Below, piece after piece: positions 17,830 to 24,552 of a stretch of 61,605 nucleotides of DNA. The DNA comes from Patescibacteria group bacterium (GTDB taxonomy: Bacteria > Patescibacteriota > Gracilibacteria > JAHISY01), in the NCBI GenBank assembly GCA_043797545.1, contig JAZDPN010000064.1:1-61605 (forward strand), in the 5' to 3' direction. Below the pieces are notes generated by a model. The model had not been told where the DNA came from and did no database searches. It saw only the letters and a list, made by a program, of their open reading frames with translations. The translations under genes were made by a program, and so were the position numbers. Position 1 is the first letter of the stretch, and each line of letters begins with the position of its first letter.

Positions 17830-17838
17830 ATTTTAGCA
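17830..17838 (-). promoter_or_regulatory. extended -10 (TGCTAAAAT) for the cNMP-binding gene and pilT
   Basis: Plus strand reads ATTTTAGCA, 29 nt upstream of the ATG at 17800. Confidence 0.5.
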
Positions 17839-17896
17839 TAAAAATGATTCGAGGACAATCTCTGCCTTGGCTCAAATCGGGTAAAATCCAATCGCT

Positions 17897-18457
17897 TTGA
17901 CCCTCTTTCTACTCTTCACGCTAGCTCATTTATTGGGCGACTACCCTTTTCAAACTAGCTGGATTTATCTCCAAAAAACTAAAGGTCTGCCTGGTCAACT
18001 GCTACATGTCAGCATTTTAGGAGCCTGTTTCTTAATCCTGACTGCTCCCCTGCTGAGCAATCGGATCGTATTAAACGCACTCACCCTGATTTTAGTCATG
18101 CATTTTTTGCAAGACTTTTTGAAAATTGAGCTGGTAAGCAAACGCGGTAAAATCCGCCCTTTTCCGGCTCTCGTACTTGATCAAGCGCTGCACTTCGCAC
18201 TCTTGTTTGGAGTGACGAACCGACTTAATTCAGTCAATCTAAAAATCGGTTTTGGGGCGGACCTACTCGGATCACCTAGTTTGCCCTGGATTCTGTTTTA
18301 CTTAGCCACTCTGATCTTGGGAACTTTTACCTGGGATGTCGTAAGATTTGTTTGGCGCAACGAAACGAAAGAGTTGCAACACGACTGGCTAGCGCTTGGC
18401 CTGCGCGGCGCGATTATTACAATTATTTTTGGGGCAGTTTATTTACTGGATTGCTGA
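17897..18457 (+). CDS. DUF3307-like membrane protein
   Basis: N-terminal HLLGDYPFQT motif and multiple TM helices. Its 3' end overlaps the convergent FecR-like gene by 19 nt. Confidence 0.65.
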   Translation: MTLFLLFTLAHLLGDYPFQTSWIYLQKTKGLPGQLLHVSILGACFLILTAPLLSNRIVLNALTLILVMHFLQDFLKIELVSKRGKIRPFPALVLDQALHFALLFGVTNRLNSVNLKIGFGADLLGSPSLPWILFYLATLILGTFTWDVVRFVWRNETKELQHDWLALGLRGAIITIIFGAVYLLDC

Positions 18458-20991
18458 TTGTTTATAATCCCGTTAATCCCATTTTGAATTTTATTGACTA
18501 AATCTTGGCCGGTACTTTGAAAAAGTTGGCCGCTATTGATTTGTTCACTGGAAGATTTTTGTAACTCAGAAAAATCACTGGTGGATTGTTTTAGGCTTTC
18601 GACCGCTTCGGAAGCCTTTTGAGCGGTCGCCGCGGCTTCTTCAGCCGCTTTTTTGGCAGTCGCAGCAGCATCCTCAGCCGCTTTCTTGGCGGCCGCCTCT
18701 TCAGCTGCTTTCTTGACTCTAAGCTCTTCAGCCGCTTTCTTGGCAGTATTTGCAGCTTCCTCGGCTGCTTTTTTGGCAGCTGCCTCTTCGGCTGCTTTCT
18801 TGGCGGCATTAGCAATCTCCTCAGCTGCTTTCTTGGCTGCCGCCTCCTCGGCGGCTTGCTTGGCTCTCAGCTCCTCGGCTGCTTTCTTGGCTACAGCTTC
18901 TTCAGCAGCTTTCTTCGCTGCAGCTTCTTCAGCAGCCTTGCGCGCAATAGCTTCCTCGTCGGCTTTACGTTTTTTGGCCTCCTCTTCCTCGACAGCACGA
19001 CGGGCCTTAGCTTCTTCTTCTTTTTTAAGCTCAGCTTCAGCCTTACGCTCAAGCTCTAAATTTTTCGCCAGGTCAGGCTCATTGAGATTAGTTTCGAGCT
19101 TGATCTCGCTCTTACCAGTTTCGCCGAAAAAGTAATTTGCGTCCTGCTGGGCAGCTGTCTGAACCTGAGCCGGAGCAGCGTTGTCGGTAATTTCTTTAGC
19201 CTTTGATTTCAACCATTCAGAGTTGGTTTCGGGAATAAAGTCAGGTTTGGCAATACCTTTGTCTTTCAGCTGAGAAACCTCCGATAAAACCTCGGTTAGT
19301 TTTTGAGAATCGAGATTTTGCTTAGCTGAATTTTCAGATGAGAGACCCGGCTCAGCCTCGATATGCTCATTCAGTAAGCGCGAATCTTCGTTCAGGTTTG
19401 GTTTGTAATCACCAGTATTTTCGGGACCAGGCTGATCCTCAGAAGTAACCGTCGAAAGCAAGGGCGCGACCGCGTGGCCAATTTTGTTTTCGAGGTTTTG
19501 AGCTGTTTTGTCAGTATTAGCCGGATTTTGCTCTGGCTTTGTCCCATCTTGCTGGGATTCGGTTTTGACAGCCCGCGCAATCGCATCTCGGGCTTTTTCC
19601 GTCTCGTCAATATTATTAATCGCAGCCTGCAAGTAAGGATTAACTATCAGCTCTTGCAGATTTTCATTGGAAATTTTTCTGACTTCCGGAGCGGCGGCGA
19701 AATCACCGCGAATATCATCAGCTAATTTCTGGACAATCTTCTTGGCAGTTGTTTGCTCACCAGCCTTAGCTAAATCATAGGCTTCGATAATGCGTCTCTG
19801 ATATTGTTCTTTTTTAATCTCGTCTTTCTGGTCAGCCGGAGCGGACTCGACTTCGACTTCGTAAAGAAATTCTTTGGCGGCATAATCTCGATCCGTCGCG
19901 ACCGTCGAATTGGTTGTTTGTTTAGCGTTATTGATTACGCGAACGATGTTCTGTGCAATCTCAGTTTTCTTGGCCGCGTCAGTCGTCTGATCACGCGCTT
20001 CGGCTACTTGCAGAATCAAATCTTTAGCAGCGGCGAGCTGAGTCGTCGCGACATCTTCAGCTCCCTGACGCAGTAAAACCTGAGCTTCAAGCACTTTACG
20101 CTCGGCGATCTTGGAGGCGACAACCGCCTTTTGCTCCACGCCAAAAGCCGTCGAGAGCAGAAGCTGGTCACGCAAATTTTTCAACTTGTAACCAAACTCC
20201 CCCGGTAAAGCACCAACCAATTTCTCCTGAGCACGCTCGATTTTGCGCTGAACCTTAATTTCTTGAATCGCGTCGGCCTGTTCATTGCCTTGAAACCAAT
20301 CAGCCTTCTTCTCGTTATCGGCAATTTGCTCGACTTTGAAACGTACCGACCGCTGAGCTTCAGCACTCTCGAGGGTCGCATTGGCACGGCGCACGCGCGG
20401 GAAAGAACCCGCTTTCTGACCTTCGATAATTACAGTCGACTCGTCTTTTTCGGCGCTCGCGCGCTGAACTTTTTTGAGCAACAAACTGTGTTCGACTGCC
20501 ATTACAGTCGTATTGCCGTCGCTATTTACCGCAATGTCAAAGGCTGAACCGCGCACAGCTGCGGCGACATCGGCGGTAGCCACCTCAAAAGTCGATTCAC
20601 TATTGACCAGCTTGGTGACCTTGGACCAAACCTCTCCCAAATCAAGCCGCAACCTGACCCGACTCGCCGTCGCATCTGAATCCTCACCGGCAATCTCGGT
20701 CAGAGTAATTTTGGTGCTGCCGGATAAGCGCGAAACAGAGTTGTCAAAGAAAACAATCTCAGCCGAAGCGTCAGCCGCGGTCTCGATATTATCGCCGACG
20801 TGTAGGACATCTCCATCCAGCGCCGCAATTCCATTAATCCAGGCACGACCGTGTTCCAGCTTGATATGCGTGGCTTCATGGATTTCCGCCAAGACGTCCG
20901 GCATCAAGGCAGCTCGTGAAAGCAGCCCACTCTCGAAAATCGAGAAGGCAAAGGTCAGCAAAATGATTGCAACCCAAAATGATTTTTTCAT
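18439..20991 (-). CDS. secreted FecR-domain protein with long coiled-coil and Ala/Glu/Lys repeat tail (850 aa)
   Basis: Signal-peptide-like N-terminus and a FecR-like beta domain (GRAWINGIAALDGDVLHVGDNIETAADASAEIVFFDNSVSRL). The C-terminus carries iterated AAEEAAAKKAAEE units. Confidence 0.8.
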   Translation of the reverse strand: MKKSFWVAIILLTFAFSIFESGLLSRAALMPDVLAEIHEATHIKLEHGRAWINGIAALDGDVLHVGDNIETAADASAEIVFFDNSVSRLSGSTKITLTEIAGEDSDATASRVRLRLDLGEVWSKVTKLVNSESTFEVATADVAAAVRGSAFDIAVNSDGNTTVMAVEHSLLLKKVQRASAEKDESTVIIEGQKAGSFPRVRRANATLESAEAQRSVRFKVEQIADNEKKADWFQGNEQADAIQEIKVQRKIERAQEKLVGALPGEFGYKLKNLRDQLLLSTAFGVEQKAVVASKIAERKVLEAQVLLRQGAEDVATTQLAAAKDLILQVAEARDQTTDAAKKTEIAQNIVRVINNAKQTTNSTVATDRDYAAKEFLYEVEVESAPADQKDEIKKEQYQRRIIEAYDLAKAGEQTTAKKIVQKLADDIRGDFAAAPEVRKISNENLQELIVNPYLQAAINNIDETEKARDAIARAVKTESQQDGTKPEQNPANTDKTAQNLENKIGHAVAPLLSTVTSEDQPGPENTGDYKPNLNEDSRLLNEHIEAEPGLSSENSAKQNLDSQKLTEVLSEVSQLKDKGIAKPDFIPETNSEWLKSKAKEITDNAAPAQVQTAAQQDANYFFGETGKSEIKLETNLNEPDLAKNLELERKAEAELKKEEEAKARRAVEEEEAKKRKADEEAIARKAAEEAAAKKAAEEAVAKKAAEELRAKQAAEEAAAKKAAEEIANAAKKAAEEAAAKKAAEEAANTAKKAAEELRVKKAAEEAAAKKAAEDAAATAKKAAEEAAATAQKASEAVESLKQSTSDFSELQKSSSEQINSGQLFQSTGQDLVNKIQNGINGIINNQQSSK
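18590..19070 (-). repeat. in-frame tandem repeats encoding (K)AAEEAAAKK units
   Basis: Iterated GCTGCTTTCTTGGC...GCCTCTTCAGC units on the plus strand. They produce the spurious antisense ORFs 18619..19059 and 18653..19135. Confidence 0.8.
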
Positions 20992-21015
20992 TTATTTTTG
21001 TTTTAAAATCATGGC

Positions 21016-21024
21016 ATTTTAGCA
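21016..21024 (-). promoter_or_regulatory. extended -10 (TGCTAAAAT) for the FecR-like gene
   Basis: Plus strand reads ATTTTAGCA, ~25 nt upstream of the ATG at 20991. Confidence 0.5.
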
Positions 21025-21071
21025 CAAAACACCCAAAATCACAAACCAAAGTTAACCTTTTCGCCTTAAGC

Positions 21072-21461
21072 CTACGCTCCGATCCGTCTCACGATTTCGT
21101 TGAAAACTTCGGTCGAAAGTCCAAGTTTGACATTATTAAAGGCAGTCGTCGGCAAAAAAAGGGTTTCAAGTTTTTCAGCCGCGCGCACAGTCGCCGTCCT
21201 GGGTTTAGCAATCGCCAGTAAAGCCAGCTCGCCGAAAAAGTCATTGACATGCAAATCGGCAATCTTGCGCTCACCGCGCTCGACAAGCGCCGAGCCAGCT
21301 ATGATGACGTACATCCCATCTGGGATCGCACCTTCTTGAATCACGACCGCATTTTCGGCGAAATTTTTCTTGATGCAGGCCGCCGCCACGACACGCAAAT
21401 GATCAGTCGTCAGACCTTTGAAAAAAGGGAGTGTGCGCAGAGTTTCGATTAAATCATTCAT
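21072..21461 (-). CDS. stand-alone cyclic-nucleotide-binding domain protein (129 aa)
   Basis: FFKGL...VIQEGAIPDGMYVIIAGSA...FFGELALL...RTATVRA is a canonical phosphate-binding cassette. Lies 22 nt downstream of the cyclase gene. Confidence 0.85.
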   Translation of the reverse strand: MNDLIETLRTLPFFKGLTTDHLRVVAAACIKKNFAENAVVIQEGAIPDGMYVIIAGSALVERGERKIADLHVNDFFGELALLAIAKPRTATVRAAEKLETLFLPTTAFNNVKLGLSTEVFNEIVRRIGA

Positions 21462-21483
21462 CGCGGAAGGTAAATTAGCATTT

Positions 21484-23472
21484 TTATTTGATTTTTAAAA
21501 TCGTTTCTCCGCGCCAGTTCACGGGCGGTGGATTTTTGCGAAAGCGGGTAATCCTGGCAAGCATGACTGCCGAGGCGGGATGATGAATAGTGCGATAGAT
21601 CTGAACTGCTGTTTTGAAATCTCTTTTTCTATAAGCCGAGAACGCTTTCAGGCTTTTCTCCGCCAAACTAATCTGAGCCGCAGTCGCCGATTTTTTTTCC
21701 GCTAGTAATTCGTAAATTTCCGTAAATTCGCGCCGTCCTTTGACTACGACCCGATCAATCAAACGCGCCAGCAATTCCTTTTGGACTTTTTGGAAAGTCT
21801 CGCCGGAAATCAGAATTTGGGTGCCATAAATTTTATTCACGCCTTCAAGTCGGCTGGCGACATTGACCGCATCACCAATCGCGGTGTAATTGAAGCGAGT
21901 CGCTAAACCGAGGTTACCGACTACGGCTGGCCCGGTATGGATGCCAGTTCGCGCCTTGGGAACTTTGTCGGCCAGTATTTTTTTAGTAGCGAGCGCGGCC
22001 CGACAAGCCGCCAAGGCGTGATCGGGATTGGGCAGAGGCGCATTCCAAAAAGCCATGACGGCATCACCGATAAATTTATCAAGCGTGCCGCCGGCTGCAA
22101 GAACAGTCTTCGTAATCGCCCCTAGTCGCTCGTCGAGCATACGTACGACGGCAGAGGGAGACATTTTTTCAGAAATCTTGGTGAAATTTTCTAGATCGGC
22201 GAAAAAAATCGTCAGCTCGCGTTTCGCACCACCCAAACCCAAAGCCCGCGGATCATCCTCAATCTTGCGAACGAGCTCAGGCGCGAGATAACGCGAAAAA
22301 GCCTTTTGAAGATAGCGTAATTCTGCTCCTTTGCCGAAATAATGGTAGATGAGTGCTACGACCAAAATCGCCAGCGTTCCCCAAAGCAAAAAGGCAAAAG
22401 GCAGCAAAATTCCATTTTCGAAAGCAAAAATCGCTCCCAAAAGCTCGGCGAGAATTCCCAGTCCAAACAAAATCAAAGAAGTGACGAGCGGGAGCGTAAA
22501 AAACAAAATTCCAAAAATAATCAACGTCGCTCCAAGTAAAACCACAGCTCCTGATTGATTTAAGTTCTGAAGTGTCTGGCCGGAAAGCAGGGTCTGCAAA
22601 ATATTGGCATGAATCTCGACCCCGGACATCGCCTGCCCGGCCGAAACCGGAGTAAGTTGCTCATCATGAATGCCAGTCGCGTCAGTAAATCCAAGCAGGA
22701 CTATTTTGCCGCGGACTAAATCTGGATTGAAATTATTGTGAAAAATATCAGTGAAAGAAATGCGCGCAAAACTGCCGGGGCGACCGAAAAAATTAATTAG
22801 CAGCGAGCCATTTTCGAGTGGTGCGACGATCGGACCGTAAGTTTTTTGCAAAGCGAATGGTGATCTCAATTTGGATTGAGAAAAAACCAATCGATTGGGA
22901 GTCAGGCTTTGCGACGTTGTGCCAAAAAATTTTTCTAGGAGAACTAAGTCAAAATTCGCGATTTTACCGGAAAAAATAGGAACGCGACGCACCACCCCAT
23001 CGACTTGGTCGGCCGCAAGATTGGTAAAACCAAAATCAGCCGCGGCGCGAAATTCCGACAAAGGCAGTAGATCGGAATCGACATTTTTCTGAGCTGCCAA
23101 AACAAGATTGGGATTTAGGTTGAGCGTCTCGGTCAACAGCGCGTCATCAGCAGAAGTAGCAGCCTCGGAAAAAATCACATCCAAGCCAATCACTGCCGCT
23201 CCAGCGGATTGCAGATTGCGGAGCGCGGTCGCGAAAAATCCACGCCGCCAGTCTTGCCAGCGTCCCAAAACCGGATCGGCCAAGCTCGCATCGTCAATCG
23301 CAACTAGAATAACTTCAGGAGCAGCCCGATTTGTAGTCGAATAAATCCTGTCTTGTAGCGCGAGCTGCCAGCCGCCAAAAATTCCCTGGCCATAGAACCA
23401 AGTCCATAAAAAAGCGTTCAAAAGAATCAGCCCGGCCGAAACGAAAAACTTTTGGCGTTTATTTTTTTCCAC
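21484..23472 (-). CDS. CHASE2 sensor domain-containing class III adenylate/guanylate cyclase
   Basis: N-terminal TM plus a periplasmic CHASE2-like region, a 3-4 TM block, then a cyclase homology domain (LTIFFADLENFT, KFIGDAVMAFWNAP, RTGIHTGPAVVGNLG, YTAIGDAVNVASRLE). GTG start. Confidence 0.88.
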   Translation of the reverse strand: MEKNKRQKFFVSAGLILLNAFLWTWFYGQGIFGGWQLALQDRIYSTTNRAAPEVILVAIDDASLADPVLGRWQDWRRGFFATALRNLQSAGAAVIGLDVIFSEAATSADDALLTETLNLNPNLVLAAQKNVDSDLLPLSEFRAAADFGFTNLAADQVDGVVRRVPIFSGKIANFDLVLLEKFFGTTSQSLTPNRLVFSQSKLRSPFALQKTYGPIVAPLENGSLLINFFGRPGSFARISFTDIFHNNFNPDLVRGKIVLLGFTDATGIHDEQLTPVSAGQAMSGVEIHANILQTLLSGQTLQNLNQSGAVVLLGATLIIFGILFFTLPLVTSLILFGLGILAELLGAIFAFENGILLPFAFLLWGTLAILVVALIYHYFGKGAELRYLQKAFSRYLAPELVRKIEDDPRALGLGGAKRELTIFFADLENFTKISEKMSPSAVVRMLDERLGAITKTVLAAGGTLDKFIGDAVMAFWNAPLPNPDHALAACRAALATKKILADKVPKARTGIHTGPAVVGNLGLATRFNYTAIGDAVNVASRLEGVNKIYGTQILISGETFQKVQKELLARLIDRVVVKGRREFTEIYELLAEKKSATAAQISLAEKSLKAFSAYRKRDFKTAVQIYRTIHHPASAVMLARITRFRKNPPPVNWRGETILKIK

Positions 23473-23478
23473 AGGGAA

Positions 23479-23487
23479 ATTTTAGCG
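23479..23487 (-). promoter_or_regulatory. -10 element (CGCTAAAAT) 6 nt before the cyclase GTG (leaderless geometry)
   Basis: Plus strand reads ATTTTAGCG, followed by 6 nt and the CAC at 23470-23472. Confidence 0.5.
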
Positions 23488-23511
23488 CAAAAGCGCGGCG
23501 TACTAAAAAAC

Positions 23512-23586
<75 letters not shown>

Positions 23587-23597
23587 ACGAGGCCTGA

Positions 23598-23606
23598 ATT
23601 TTAGCG
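23598..23606 (-). promoter_or_regulatory. -10 element (CGCTAAAAT) 11 nt upstream of the tRNA-fMet 5' end
   Basis: Plus strand reads ATTTTAGCG. Confidence 0.45.
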
Positions 23607-23788
23607 AATTGTTTATTTTTTTCAAACTAAAAAGTGTTTTATTCGCTTTTGCTAGAAATTAAATTTTTAAGTCAATTAATTGATTTACGCAATGAGCGAC
23701 CTAAAACTCTGGTCCTCTTTGGTTTTAACTTTTACTCTCTTGTTGCGAATTACAAAAGCTGCCTCGATATAATTACACTCAAGTAAAA

Positions 23789-24109
23789 TTACATGCTGGC
23801 CAGCGCATCTGACAACAAAGTATCTGCCAATTGAGCCTCTTTCTTCTGCTTACGATCATCAAAAGCGCTCAAATTCTTAAAGTGAATGCTATTAATTTCA
23901 TGTTTTAACTTGATCAGAATTTCGGGCGGCAAGCCTTTAACCAACTTTTCATCACGGCTTTTAAGTTCCAATAAACGCATCTGCAAAGCTTGCAAGCTTG
24001 CCACATTCATTTTTGGCAGCGCTTGAAGCATTTTGATTTTTTTCGATTTTTCTAAACTAATTGCAGTCAAAAGTAATTCTTTGACGGAATTTTGGAGGGA
24101 ATTTTCCAT
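23789..24109 (-). CDS. hypothetical helical protein (106 aa)
   Basis: ATG at M6 of ORF 23789..24124, 7 nt after the stop of the upstream small ORF. AT-rich, predicted all-helical, no known motif. Confidence 0.5.
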   Translation of the reverse strand: MENSLQNSVKELLLTAISLEKSKKIKMLQALPKMNVASLQALQMRLLELKSRDEKLVKGLPPEILIKLKHEINSIHFKNLSAFDDRKQKKEAQLADTLLSDALASM

Positions 24110-24116
24110 AAAAAAA

Positions 24117-24314
24117 TTAAGCACCTCTAGTGCGAATTTGGTTAATGCCGGAAGTAGTAGAGTTATCCGCTACTTGCCGATAATTCTCAAGAGCCTGACG
24201 AGTCGCGTCAGCAACATCCATTTGGCTTTGTTGATTTAAATCGGCATCTTGAGAAAAATTTTTTCGTACAAGATCAAGAACCTCCTGCCCTAACTTAGCG
24301 CTTTGCTGCTCCAA
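24117..24314 (-). CDS. hypothetical small protein (65 aa)
   Basis: TTG ORF, first gene of a 2-gene unit divergent from the 833-aa gene. Q/D-rich and helical. Confidence 0.4.
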   Translation of the reverse strand: MEQQSAKLGQEVLDLVRKNFSQDADLNQQSQMDVADATRQALENYRQVADNSTTSGINQIRTRGA

Positions 24315-24486
24315 AGTCGGGCTGGATTCAGTCCGACTTTCCGAACCTTGCGGAATATCGAGCTTTTTTGGTGTTTCTGGAGAGATTTTATTTTAATTTA
24401 AATTTAATTTTCGACTTGTTTTTCCGAATCTGTTAGTGTGAAAATTTCATATTTCTATCTTCAGATAGTTTTCAATGTTTCCTGGC

Positions 24487-24495
24487 ATTTTAGCA
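24487..24495 (-). promoter_or_regulatory. extended -10 (TGCTAAAAT) driving the two small minus-strand genes
   Basis: Plus strand reads ATTTTAGCA. An inverted repeat CTATCT-TC-AGATAG (24455-24468) lies ~20 nt downstream of it. Confidence 0.45.
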
Positions 24496-24552
24496 AAAAT
24501 ATGCGCGGATCTCAATCTCAAACAGTTGAGTTTTAATTTATTTTTAATCTAA

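Noticed and set aside
18619-19135. Two plus-strand ORFs encoding Ser/Ala/Phe/Leu repeats
   Set aside because: They are the reverse-complement reading of the KKAAEEAAA repeat array of the FecR-like gene, so they are a repeat artefact rather than genes.
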